A DNA stretch of 59,712 nt from positions 20,678-80,389 of the forward strand of contig CAVGEG010000002.1 of the NCBI GenBank assembly GCA_963628165.1, given 5' to 3'. Below the pieces are notes generated by a model, which had not been told where the DNA came from, searched no databases, and saw only the letters and a program-made list of their open reading frames with translations. This DNA is from Paratractidigestivibacter sp. (GTDB lineage Bacteria > Planctomycetota > Planctomycetia > Pirellulales > Thermoguttaceae). Each line of letters opens with the position of its first letter. Positions within the stretch are counted from its first letter, which is position 1. Positions 49,879 through 59,062 of the stretch are shown here, in pieces. The position numbers and the translations under genes were made by a program.

Positions 49879-50516
49879 AACGGACACGCATAGTAAAGCG
49901 CGTTCTCTACGCGTTCCTTCTCCTGACGTTCGCGTCGACTCTCGCGGGATGTTGGCAGCCGCGCCAGGTCAAAGTCTCCGGGCGCGTAACCTTCGCGGAC
50001 GGGACGCCCTTGACATATGGGCAGGTCTGTTTCTTCGACGGATACTACCTAGGGCGGGGGGATCTTGACGAAAACGGAGAATACGAGCTAAGGATTTTCC
50101 GAAAAAACGACGGAGTCCCGCCTGGCGTCTACCAAGCGTATATCACCTGCGCGGTTCGATTAGAGGGGGACGATTCACGTACGAGCAAGCGCAGTCAAGG
50201 GCTCGCAAAGCTCGTCATGCTCATCGACCGTCAATACACGATGGATCGAACGAGCGGTTGGATCTGCGAAGTCGACAAGAAGCATAAGCGCTTCGACTTC
50301 GTCGTCTATCCGCCGGGTGGAGTTCCGGAAGATCAGATCACGGACGAAGCGCGCTTCCAGTTCGACGAAGAGTATCGACGCGAGAAGGTCGAAGAGTATT
50401 GGCGCGAGAAAGATGAAGGAGAGCGCGCCGAGGCGGAGAAGACGGGGCGGCTCCCGGAGGAACTCGCTTCGCCGCGGCGTCATAAAACGAACCGTATCAA
50501 TCCTTCCCTACTCTAA
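49875..50516 (+). CDS. Lipoprotein of the same family with a charged C-terminal extension
   Basis: Its start overlaps the previous stop in ATGA. It has the lipobox TLAGC|W and VKVSGRVTFADGTPL..GQVCF, followed by an E/R/K-rich tail. Confidence 0.75.
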   Translation: MKRTRIVKRVLYAFLLLTFASTLAGCWQPRQVKVSGRVTFADGTPLTYGQVCFFDGYYLGRGDLDENGEYELRIFRKNDGVPPGVYQAYITCAVRLEGDDSRTSKRSQGLAKLVMLIDRQYTMDRTSGWICEVDKKHKRFDFVVYPPGGVPEDQITDEARFQFDEEYRREKVEEYWREKDEGERAEAEKTGRLPEELASPRRHKTNRINPSLL

Positions 50517-50540
50517 GAATTCTCGAGAATTTCTCGTTGC

Positions 50541-50572
50541 AAGAGCGTCTTTAAGAGGCGCTCTTTTTCTTT
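50541..50572 (+). terminator. Possible rho-independent terminator
   Basis: aagagcg...cgctctt forms a short stem with a large loop and is followed by TTTCTTTG. Confidence 0.35.
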
Positions 50573-50933
50573 GCGCCTCGCTATTCGTCGGCTTTATCTT
50601 CAAATACGACGACGCGCTCAAGAGGATGAAACGCGCTTTTTCAGATTTCTCCGACGCCTGTCAAGGGGTAAAATTGACGCGCTATAATTCATTGACAATA
50701 AGATTTAACAGACACGATTGTAAAAAATTATTGGAGCCTTCAATGAGATCAAACCTGTTTTTTACAAAAAAACTTTTACACATTCTTTACAACTACTCTA
50801 ATATATTGCTATATATTAATTTATGAACTATGCAAAGATAATTTAAAAAGACAAAAAAGTTTTTGTAAAGAACTTGTGTCAAATACCTATTTTTGTACAA
50901 ATAAGCACAATCCACATTTTTAAAATGCGAGTG

Positions 50934-50962
50934 TTGACGTCGGAATTCTTTTTAACTATAAT
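50934..50962 (+). promoter_or_regulatory. Near-consensus sigma70 promoter for the third DUF1559 gene
   Basis: TTGACG (50934-50939), a 17-nt spacer, then TATAAT (50957-50962). This implies a 5' UTR of about 125 nt. Confidence 0.6.
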
Positions 50963-51094
50963 TACATTGCTGGAATTATTAGTCCAACATCCTTAAAAAA
51001 TTGTTATATTTTACCATCATTATCCCCTACGAGCGAAACGTACGTCTTTATAATATAACGACTTGCGTTCCTCGCGTAATGAAAGAGTAGTAAA

Positions 51095-52078
51095 ATGTCT
51101 TACGCAAGAAATAAGGGTTTTACCCTAGTCGAGTTACTCGTTGTCATCGCCATTATCGGTATTCTTATCGGACTGCTCCTTCCCGCAGTTCAAGCGGCGC
51201 GCGAGGCGGCGCGACGCATGCAGTGTACCAATAATCTCAAGCAAATGGGATTAGCGATCCACAACTTCCACGACGTCAACGGCGGCCTTCCTCCAAGCGC
51301 TATCGGGTGGCATCGCATCACCTTCTGGGCGTTCCTCTATCCCTTCTCCGAACAGCAGAACCTCTGGGAAATTGTCGGTCCAAGCGCATCGCATGACCCC
51401 GTTACGCTCGGGCGTTACTTCTGGAACACCGGCGGCGGCTGGGCCGGCGTCACCCTTAACGACGAACAGAAGAAGGGGTTCGCCTCCGTACCGTACATGA
51501 CCTGCCCGTCGCGTCGCTCCGGCCCCGCGCATAAGGAATGGGACGCCGATACCGGCGGCGCGGCTACGCCTGGTCCTCAGACCGACTACGCCGTCATCAT
51601 GGCGCACGAAAAGGGCGATTCCGGCGACGCGCACTATCACGTCCGCGCTTGCGTAACTCGCCCCTCCGACTGGTCCCGCGTCAACGCCGATCAGAAGGGT
51701 CCTTTCCGCGGCGCGCGCCTCAAGGAAGCTGAAAACTTCAAAAGCGGTATAAAATACTCCGACACTCTCTCCCGCTTCACCGACGGCACGAGCAATCAGT
51801 TCTTCATCGGCGAAAAGCACATCCCGATTGGTAAACTCGGACAATGCAACTCTCAGGCCCCGAGCACGGACAACTACTCCTGGTGTTACGACTGCTCGTA
51901 CCTGAGCACGATCGAAGCGTCCGACGAAGGCTCGATCTACAAGTGCCTCCAAACCGGTTGGTCCTACAACAGCGACGGTTCGCGCAACGCTCCGACGTCC
52001 CTCCTTGCCAGCGGTATCCTCGGTCAGTATGACGGAATCGGCAACGTCGCGACGATCAACTCCACGATCGGAAGCTAG
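51095..52078 (+). CDS. DUF1559 protein with a type IV pilin-like N-terminus, ended early by an in-frame TAG
   Basis: The N-terminus reads [45 protein letters not shown]. The ORF stops at TAG 52076-52078, just before the family's conserved C-terminal block. Confidence 0.85.
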   Translation: MSYARNKGFTLVELLVVIAIIGILIGLLLPAVQAAREAARRMQCTNNLKQMGLAIHNFHDVNGGLPPSAIGWHRITFWAFLYPFSEQQNLWEIVGPSASHDPVTLGRYFWNTGGGWAGVTLNDEQKKGFASVPYMTCPSRRSGPAHKEWDADTGGAATPGPQTDYAVIMAHEKGDSGDAHYHVRACVTRPSDWSRVNADQKGPFRGARLKEAENFKSGIKYSDTLSRFTDGTSNQFFIGEKHIPIGKLGQCNSQAPSTDNYSWCYDCSYLSTIEASDEGSIYKCLQTGWSYNSDGSRNAPTSLLASGILGQYDGIGNVATINSTIGS

Positions 52079-52204
52079 CGCTCCGGCGGTTCGAATATAC
52101 TCATGGGAGACGGCGCCGTCCGCTTCTTCAGCGCTGCCGCCGCGCAGAAGGTTCTCGGGCGCTACGCCAATATCAGCGGCGGACTCACGCTCAATCAAAA
52201 CTGA
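52079..52204 (+). pseudogene. Orphaned in-frame C-terminal segment of the DUF1559 gene
   Basis: The same frame continues after the TAG as [41 protein letters not shown], ending at TGA 52202-52204. It aligns with [17 protein letters not shown] in the paralog at 42208. Confidence 0.75.
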
Positions 52205-52845
52205 AATCCAACCAACCTTTCGCGCAATAAGTCCGCTCCTCTCCCCCGCCCTCTCTCTCCTTCTCTCCTACCCTTCGCCCACGCATATGAAGACGGCCCG
52301 CGCGCTTCTTCTACGCGACGCGAGTCGCGTTGCGACGCCCTTCTTTCCGTCTCGCGCGTCGCGACTCGTCGCAATCCTACCACGCTTCTCTCTTTCCGAT
52401 CCCGAACGCGCCCAGACGCCGCGCAGTTCCCCCTCGGCGCGTCATGCAAATTCCACGGCGTTCGCCTCCCTTTTCCATCCAACGTCTCTTTGAAAAGCGC
52501 TCGTGCTTATTGCGTCTCCCTTCTTTTTTCTTATAATTTATCTACTATTCAAAACGCGGAACGACCCTCTTTTCACGCCAACCAAGGGCTTTCGAAAGAG
52601 GTTAGCCGAGAAATTTTTCGCTAAACCGTATGAAAGAAGGCGCCCTTTCTATATTCCAAGAGAGAGTCGCGCGCCTTTTTTCTCGGAATAATTCCGCATT
52701 TTGACAAGGAAACGTCTCCCCTACCTTTGGCAAATTACGGCGAAGAACAATCTACTCGGCACAATAATTCCGAGGACGTTGACAAATTTTTTTAAAGGGA
52801 CGCTCGGAAAGCGCGGTGAGCGAAAAAGGACGACGGAACGCGACA

Positions 52846-52961
52846 AGAAATAAAGAAGACCTCCGAAGAGGTCTTCCTTCACACACGCTGTATGACCGAT
52901 TGCTCGGGCTTTGAAACTCAATAATGAGTTTTTTATTTGAACTCAGTAGTGTAATCTCAAC
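52846..52961 (-). ncRNA. tracrRNA: Predicted tracrRNA of the type II-A system
   Basis: The minus strand reads GGUUGAGAUUACACUACUGAGUUCAAAU, which pairs with the first ~23 nt of the CRISPR repeat as 7 bp, a 3-nt bulge, then 16 bp (G:U pairs included). An AACUCA-UUAU-UGAGUU hairpin (52915-52930) follows, then the terminator GAAGACCUC-UUCG-GAGGUCUUC (52855-52876) with UUUAUUU. Confidence 0.75.
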
Positions 52962-52965
52962 CTTC

Positions 52966-52993
52966 ATTTTAATCAAGAAAGAAAGTGTGTCAA
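52966..52993 (-). promoter_or_regulatory. Sigma70-like promoter driving the tracrRNA
   Basis: On the minus strand, TTGACA (52993-52988) is followed by a 16-nt spacer and TAAAAT (52971-52966). The -35 box lies immediately upstream of the cas9 ATG (52995). The predicted TSS is about 52959-52962, at the start of the anti-repeat. Confidence 0.6.
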
Positions 52994-52994
52994 T

Positions 52995-55900
52995 ATGGAA
53001 GATTCAAATAACTATTATCTCGGTCTCGATATCGGAACGGACTCGATCGGCTACGCGGTCGCGAATAAGAACTACGAACTCCTGAAATTCAAAGGGGAGC
53101 CGATGTGGGGCGCGACCCTCTTTGAATCCGCCAAGAACGCGAGCGAACGCCGTCCCTTCCGCACGGGTCGCCGCCGACTCGACCGTCGACAGGCGCGCGT
53201 GAGTCTCCTCAACGAACTATTCGCCAAGGAGATCTGCAAGATCGATCCGAAATTCTTCATTCGCCGTCGCGAAAGCGCGCTCTACGCGGAGGACGCACGT
53301 GACGGGGTCAAGATCTTCGCCGGTCAGGGGATCAACGATATTGAATATTACAAGCAATTTCCGACGATTCACCACTTGATCTTCCGTCTGATGAAGAACC
53401 GCGACGCGCACGACGTTCGTCTCGTCTATCTCGCGTGCGCGTGGCTCGTCGCCCACCGCGGTCACTTCCTCATCGATATCGAGCCAGAGAAAGCCCTCGA
53501 CGTTCTCGACTTCCAGAGCGCCTTTGTCGACTTGAATCAATGTCTCGAGAGTAACGGGTACGCGCTCCCTTGGGTCGACGGACTCAAAGCCGAGACGTTA
53601 AAGGAAATTCTTCAAAAACGAAGTCGACTAACGGAAAAAAAGGGTGAAATTACCAAAGTACTCAAAAAAGACGCGAAAGGAGAACCCGACGACGACGAAA
53701 ACGCGACCCGTTCCTTCAAGGCCAGTATCTTCTCGGATCTCCTAGCGGGGAAGAAGATCAGCGCGGAGGCTCTCTTCGAGAATCAGGAGTACGCCGACGT
53801 CGAAACTTTTAGCGTCAAGCAAGGGGACGACGAACTCGCGCCGATCCTCTCCGTTCTTGGCGACGACGCGGAAATTCTCCTGAAAATACGCGCCCTCACG
53901 GACTGCGCGAGTCTCGTCGCCGTCATGAACGGCGCGGAAAGCATCTCCGACGCCAAGATCAAGGTCTACGATCAGCACAAGAAGGATCTTAGCTACCTCA
54001 AACATTTTGTCCAAAAATACCTTCCCGATAGTTACGACGACCTCTTCAAGAACGCCGAAAAAGACAACTACGTCGCCTACAGCAAGAATATCAAACGCGT
54101 CAAAGGGGGCGTCGGCGAGAAATTCGCCTTTGTCAACCAAGAGATTTTCAGCGACAACCTTCGTAAGATTCTTAAAAACACAGAAGAAAAAGTCGCCGAG
54201 GAAGATCGGCAGGCGTTCCGCGAGATGTATGACCGTCTAGAAAAGTACGACTTCCTCCCGAAGCAGAAGAACGGGGACAATCGCCTGATTCCGTACCAGC
54301 TCTACTACGTCGAACTCGCGAAGATCCTCGAGAACGCGGCAAAATATCTCCCCTTCCTCAACGCGGCGGACGACGACGGGATCACGACGAAACAGAAGAT
54401 CCTCGATACCTTTACGTTCCGCGTTCCCTACTTCGTCGGGCCCCTCAAGGAAGAGGGGGACGACAAATCGAAAAACGCATGGCTTGTGCGCAAGGGAAAA
54501 GGGCGCATTCTCCCCTGGAACTTCGATAAGCTTGTCGACAAAGACGCCTGCGAAAAAGAGTTTATTAACCGAATGACGAATAGCTGCACGTACCTACCGG
54601 GGGAAAAAGTCTTACCGGAGAATTCCCTCCTCTATAGCGAATTCAAGGTTCTCAACGAGTTGAATAATCTCAAAGTGGACGGGCTCTCAATTCCAGTCGA
54701 CGTCAAAACATGCCTCTATGAAGAGCTCTTCATGAAAAAGCGACGCGTCACTGTGGCGGCAATCAAAAAGTACTTGACGGCGCGTTGCCTACTCAAAGAA
54801 GGGAACGAACTCTCGGGGATCGACGACACGATCAAATCCTCCCTCAAATCATATCACGACTTTAAGAAGCTCTTGGACGCGAAGGTTCTCACGGAGACGG
54901 AAGTCGAGGAAATTATCGAACACGCCGCGTATACGGAAGATAAAAGGCGAATGCGCCAATGGCTGAAGCACAAATATGAACAACTTTCGGAGGAAGACGT
55001 CAGATATATTGCGCGACTCGACCTCAAGGGCTTCGGACGCCTGTCGCGACAGTTCCTCAACGGGATCGTGGGGAAACTTCAAAAAACGGACGACGCCGAA
55101 TACACGATTATCGAGTGGATGCGCAAGACGAACATGAATCTCATGCAACTCCTTTCGGATGACTTCAACTTTGCGAAGAAGATCGAGGAGTTCCGTAGGA
55201 AATTCTACGAAGGAAAGGCGCGAACGCTCGAGGAAGAGCTTGACGACGCGTACGTCTCTAACGCAGTAAAGCGCCAGATTTACCGTACCATGGCGGTCGT
55301 CGACGAAGTCAAAAAGGCGATGAAGAGAGACCCCGAGAAGATCTTCGTGGAGATGGCGCGCGGGGGAACCCCCGATCAGAAGGGCAAGAGGACGACGAGT
55401 CGACTCGAGCAGCTCAAAGAACTGTATAAAAAGATCAAGACGGAGGACGCTCGAGAGCTCCAAGAAGAGCTGAATTCTATGCTTAGCGGAAAAGACGAGG
55501 GGCGACTTCAACAAAAGAGGCTCTACCTCTACTATTTGCAGGAGGGGAAATGCGCCTACACGGGGGATTCGATCGACCTTAAATACTTGTCGGGCGATCG
55601 CTACGATATCGACCATATCTACCCGCAGCGCTTAGTAAAGGACGACAGTCTCCTGAACAACATGGTTCTCGTCAAGAGCGAAGAAAACGGCCGTAAAAGT
55701 GACAAGTATCCGATTCCCCCGGACGTCCGAAGTAAAATGAAGGAGTTCTGGAAGCATTTGCGCGAGGTCGGGCTCATGACGGATGAAAAGTATCGCCGTC
55801 TGACGCGCACGAATGAATTCACGGAAGACGAAAAAATGGGCTTCATAAACCGTCAGCTGGTGGAGACGCGACAATCGACGAAGGTCGTCGCGAACTTGCT

Positions 55901-57104
55901 CAAAAAGCGGTTTCCGAATTCGGAGATCGTTTACGTCAAAGCGGGGCTTGTCTCGGAATTCCGTCAAGAGTTCGACCTTCCGAAGTCGCGATTAATCAAC
56001 GACCTGCACCATGCGAAGGACGCGTACCTGAACGTCGTCGTCGGCAACGTTTACGACATGCGCTTCTCAAAGAAGTTCTTCTCCCTTGAGAAAGATAAGG
56101 AGTACAACGTGCAGGTGGGCAAGCTCTTCAAGAAGGATCATTATTACCAAGGCGAATGTTACTGGGAGCGCGATCGCGGCTTTTCCCTCGTGCGGAAAAC
56201 GATGGAGAAGAACGCCGTTCATCTGACGAAGTTTACCTACCGTCGTAAAGGCGGCTTCTTTGACCAGAACCCTCTGAGGAAAAAAGCGGGGCTCGTTCCG
56301 CGAAAGAAAGATTTACCGACAGAAAAGTACGGCGGATACAATAAGGCGGCGGCGTCTTTCTATGTTCTTGCGCGCTATACGATTGGCCAAACATGCGACG
56401 TGATCTTTGCCCCGATCGAACTTCTTGACTTGCAAAAGTACCACGGAAGTGCAGAAGACACGAAAGAATGCGTCGAGGAATCGATCCGCGAAATAATCGG
56501 TAAAGAGCCTCAAGACGTCGAGCTTATGTTGAATGGGCGAATCCTAAAGATTCGAACGCTCATTTCTCTCGACGGAACGCTCATGACGCTTAACGGAAAA
56601 CAAAATGGCGGTAGGCAAATAATTCTTTCTCCTCTATTGTCCCTTTGCCTAGGAAAAGACGAAGAATACGTCCAAAAGCTTGAATCGTTCATGAAAAAGC
56701 TAGAAAGCAATAAGAATCTCCTCCCTAGCAAAGAACACGACAAGATTTCTAAAGAGAAAAATCTTCTTCTCTTCGATCGTCTAGTGAATAAATTGAAGAG
56801 TTGGCCGTTCATTAATATCCCCAACAACCCCCTCGCTGAGTTACAGAAAGAATCAGCCCGAAAGAAATTTGAATCAGCGGATGAACTCGTACAAATAAAA
56901 ATATTAGTGAATCTGATCCAATACATAGGAGGTAAAAAACAGTCCTGCAACTTTACGGACATTGGCGGTAAAAAAACAGTGGGATCTATATCAATGAGTA
57001 GCAAACTATCCAACTGGAAGGGAAAATATAAGGAAGTGCGCATTGTCGACAGATCGTGCGCTGGGTTATTCGAATCACAAAGTAAAAATATATTGGAGTG
57101 GTAA
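52995..57104 (+). CDS. cas9: Cas9, type II-A (1369 aa)
   Basis: RuvC-I is YYLGLDIGTDSIGYAV (D12). The Arg-rich bridge helix is RRPFRTGRRRLDRRQARVSLL. HNH is YDIDHIYPQ (D873/H874) plus NNMVLV. RuvC-III is NDLHHAKDAYLN. The size is similar to SpCas9. Confidence 0.95.
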   Translation: MEDSNNYYLGLDIGTDSIGYAVANKNYELLKFKGEPMWGATLFESAKNASERRPFRTGRRRLDRRQARVSLLNELFAKEICKIDPKFFIRRRESALYAEDARDGVKIFAGQGINDIEYYKQFPTIHHLIFRLMKNRDAHDVRLVYLACAWLVAHRGHFLIDIEPEKALDVLDFQSAFVDLNQCLESNGYALPWVDGLKAETLKEILQKRSRLTEKKGEITKVLKKDAKGEPDDDENATRSFKASIFSDLLAGKKISAEALFENQEYADVETFSVKQGDDELAPILSVLGDDAEILLKIRALTDCASLVAVMNGAESISDAKIKVYDQHKKDLSYLKHFVQKYLPDSYDDLFKNAEKDNYVAYSKNIKRVKGGVGEKFAFVNQEIFSDNLRKILKNTEEKVAEEDRQAFREMYDRLEKYDFLPKQKNGDNRLIPYQLYYVELAKILENAAKYLPFLNAADDDGITTKQKILDTFTFRVPYFVGPLKEEGDDKSKNAWLVRKGKGRILPWNFDKLVDKDACEKEFINRMTNSCTYLPGEKVLPENSLLYSEFKVLNELNNLKVDGLSIPVDVKTCLYEELFMKKRRVTVAAIKKYLTARCLLKEGNELSGIDDTIKSSLKSYHDFKKLLDAKVLTETEVEEIIEHAAYTEDKRRMRQWLKHKYEQLSEEDVRYIARLDLKGFGRLSRQFLNGIVGKLQKTDDAEYTIIEWMRKTNMNLMQLLSDDFNFAKKIEEFRRKFYEGKARTLEEELDDAYVSNAVKRQIYRTMAVVDEVKKAMKRDPEKIFVEMARGGTPDQKGKRTTSRLEQLKELYKKIKTEDARELQEELNSMLSGKDEGRLQQKRLYLYYLQEGKCAYTGDSIDLKYLSGDRYDIDHIYPQRLVKDDSLLNNMVLVKSEENGRKSDKYPIPPDVRSKMKEFWKHLREVGLMTDEKYRRLTRTNEFTEDEKMGFINRQLVETRQSTKVVANLLKKRFPNSEIVYVKAGLVSEFRQEFDLPKSRLINDLHHAKDAYLNVVVGNVYDMRFSKKFFSLEKDKEYNVQVGKLFKKDHYYQGECYWERDRGFSLVRKTMEKNAVHLTKFTYRRKGGFFDQNPLRKKAGLVPRKKDLPTEKYGGYNKAAASFYVLARYTIGQTCDVIFAPIELLDLQKYHGSAEDTKECVEESIREIIGKEPQDVELMLNGRILKIRTLISLDGTLMTLNGKQNGGRQIILSPLLSLCLGKDEEYVQKLESFMKKLESNKNLLPSKEHDKISKEKNLLLFDRLVNKLKSWPFINIPNNPLAELQKESARKKFESADELVQIKILVNLIQYIGGKKQSCNFTDIGGKKTVGSISMSSKLSNWKGKYKEVRIVDRSCAGLFESQSKNILEW

Positions 57105-57976
57105 TGGCGTGGAGAATTGTTGTGGTCTCCGAACGGAGCAAACTCGATTTCAAAATGAACTACATGGTGGTGCGAGGAACTGAGACGACTCGCCTTTTTA
57201 TCGACGAGATCGCCATTTTGATCATCGAAAATCAAAACGTCTCGTTAACGGCATACCTTCTCGCGGCGTTGACTGAACGCAACGTGAAGATCCTCTTCTG
57301 CAACGGCAAGCACGCCCCGGAAATGGAACTCGCGCCCCTCTACGGCGGTTACAACACGTCGCAGAGATTGCGAGAGCAAATCGCGTGGCGCGCGGAAACG
57401 AAAGCGGGAGTGTGGCGCGCGATCGTCGGCGAGAAGATTCGCAATCAGAGCAAACTTTTGCGCGAAATCGGACGCGCGGCGGAAGCGGATCATCTCCTTG
57501 GGTATATCGACGAACTGAAAGGAGACGACGATTCGAATCGCGAAGGGCACGCCGCGAAGGTCTACTTCAACGCCCTTTTTGGCAAGGGGTTCACGCGTAG
57601 CGCGAAGATTCCGCTCAACGGCATGCTTAACTACGGTTACTCGATTCTTCTGGGCGCGGTCAGTCGCGAAATCGTCGCCAGCGGGTACGTCACGCAGCTG
57701 GGGATCCACCACCGCAACGATTCCAATCGCCATAATTTCACCTGCGATCTCATGGAGCCGATGCGTCCCTTAATCGACCGCGTCGTGAAGGATCTCCCAG
57801 CGCGCGATCTCGACCCCGAGCTCAAACAGACAATCGTCCAACTTGCAAATCTCAACGTTCGGATCAACAACGAGGAGCAAACCTTCTTGAACGCGATTCG
57901 CATTTACGTTCGGAGCGTCTTTGACGCGCTCAATCACGACGATCCCAAGTTAATCAAATTCAGCGAAAATGAGTAA
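57104..57976 (+). CDS. cas1: Cas1 integrase, type II
   Basis: It has MAWRIVVVSERSKLDFKMNYMVV, NGMLNYGYSIL and LGIHHRN...NFTCDLMEPMRPLID. Its ATG overlaps the cas9 stop (TAATG). Confidence 0.93.
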   Translation: MAWRIVVVSERSKLDFKMNYMVVRGTETTRLFIDEIAILIIENQNVSLTAYLLAALTERNVKILFCNGKHAPEMELAPLYGGYNTSQRLREQIAWRAETKAGVWRAIVGEKIRNQSKLLREIGRAAEADHLLGYIDELKGDDDSNREGHAAKVYFNALFGKGFTRSAKIPLNGMLNYGYSILLGAVSREIVASGYVTQLGIHHRNDSNRHNFTCDLMEPMRPLIDRVVKDLPARDLDPELKQTIVQLANLNVRINNEEQTFLNAIRIYVRSVFDALNHDDPKLIKFSENE

Positions 57977-58289
57977 TAGATTTATGAGAACGATCGTATT
58001 TTTCGACCTGCCGATCAAGAATCCGACGGAGAAGCGAGAGTATCGCCGATTTCGGAAAGTTCTGATTAAGAACGGATTCGTGATGGTGCAAAAATCGGTC
58101 TATAGCAAATTGGTTCTGAACGCGACGGCGCAGAAATCCCTTGCGAACACGCTCCGCAATGAAGTTCCCGCCGTAGGAACCGTTCAGATGCTCACGATCA
58201 CCGAAAAACAATACGCGGGGATCGCCTTCATCGCCGGCTCGGGGACGAGCGACGTCGTCGATTCCATGGAAAGGGTTATTTTCTTATGA
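57969..58289 (+). CDS. cas2: Cas2
   Basis: It has MRTIVFFDLP...EYRRFRKVLIKNGFVMVQKSVYSKLVLN and overlaps the end of cas1 by 8 nt. An alternative ATG lies at 57984. Confidence 0.9.
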   Translation: MSNRFMRTIVFFDLPIKNPTEKREYRRFRKVLIKNGFVMVQKSVYSKLVLNATAQKSLANTLRNEVPAVGTVQMLTITEKQYAGIAFIAGSGTSDVVDSMERVIFL

Positions 58290-58951
58290 TTTTATGTCAT
58301 CCAGAAATTGAACGCGTCTTCGATTTTTCGGGGAAGAAGATTCCGTCTTTAGTCGTCGAAAGGCCCGCGCTTTTTCGCAAGCTCGTTCTCGACATTTACG
58401 AACAGTGCGACGGAGGCGAGGGAGAGTTCGTCCTTTCCCGAGACGACGTCGTTCAGAGCATGCTTTCGAACGTCGAGTTTATCGACAATTGCGTTCATTA
58501 CGACTTCTCCCCCAAGGCGTTAACGACGCGCATCCTGAAGTCTCTTGAACGCGAGGCGATGAACGAAGTCTTTCATCTCAAGACAGTCGAGCTGTTGCAA
58601 AAGATTCAAGAGTACCTCAACGAGTTGAGCTTTTCGTTCAACACGACCCTTGAATTCACGCGATGCTCGCTTCCGGGACTTCTCAAGTGCGCGGGGGTGA
58701 CGATCCGCGACGACTACGAAGATCCCCTTGAAAGGCTCTTCGACTACATGGAGCTTGTTCGAGAATTCGAGAAAGATCGTATCTTCATCCTTCTAAACCT
58801 GCGGAGTTATTACGCCGACGCGGACGTCGAAGCCTTCTTAGGAGCGCTCGTCGACCATGAGTATCAGGCGTTCCTTCTCGACAATGTCGATCGCCAAAAA
58901 TTACCGTACGAAGAGCGAACGACTATTGACGACGACCTCTGCGAAGTTTAA
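58286..58951 (+). CDS. csn2: Csn2 (type II-A signature protein)
   Basis: It is 221 aa and its start overlaps the cas2 stop in ATGA. It is collinear with canonical Csn2 (SLVVERPALFRKLVLDIYEQ, IFILLNLRSYYADADVEAFL, AFLLDNVD, TIDDDL). Confidence 0.82.
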   Translation: MILCHPEIERVFDFSGKKIPSLVVERPALFRKLVLDIYEQCDGGEGEFVLSRDDVVQSMLSNVEFIDNCVHYDFSPKALTTRILKSLEREAMNEVFHLKTVELLQKIQEYLNELSFSFNTTLEFTRCSLPGLLKCAGVTIRDDYEDPLERLFDYMELVREFEKDRIFILLNLRSYYADADVEAFLGALVDHEYQAFLLDNVDRQKLPYEERTTIDDDLCEV

Positions 58952-59062
58952 AATACAGGTATGAATAGTAGCAAACCTCAGATCCCGATCCTTTCCACGA
59001 AGCTAGTAACTTCGCGCGTTCGTTTTGACGTCCGCACGGGCTCGATTTGGGATTTGAGGGTT
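58952..59062 (+). promoter_or_regulatory. CRISPR leader
   Basis: This 111-nt non-coding segment lies between csn2 and the first repeat. It ends in GATTTGG GATTTGAGGGTT. Confidence 0.7.

Noticed and set aside
52085-52100. ggcggttcgaatat, which resembles a tRNA T-arm (GGTTCGAAT).
   Set aside because: No acceptor or anticodon arms can be built around it, and it lies within the in-frame C-terminal remnant of the DUF1559 gene (it codes for GGSNI).
52721-52976. Two small minus-strand ORFs (66 and 74 aa) upstream of cas9.
   Set aside because: They overlap the predicted tracrRNA, its promoter and its terminator. They have no Shine-Dalgarno site and their translations are non-descript. The RNA explanation fits better.
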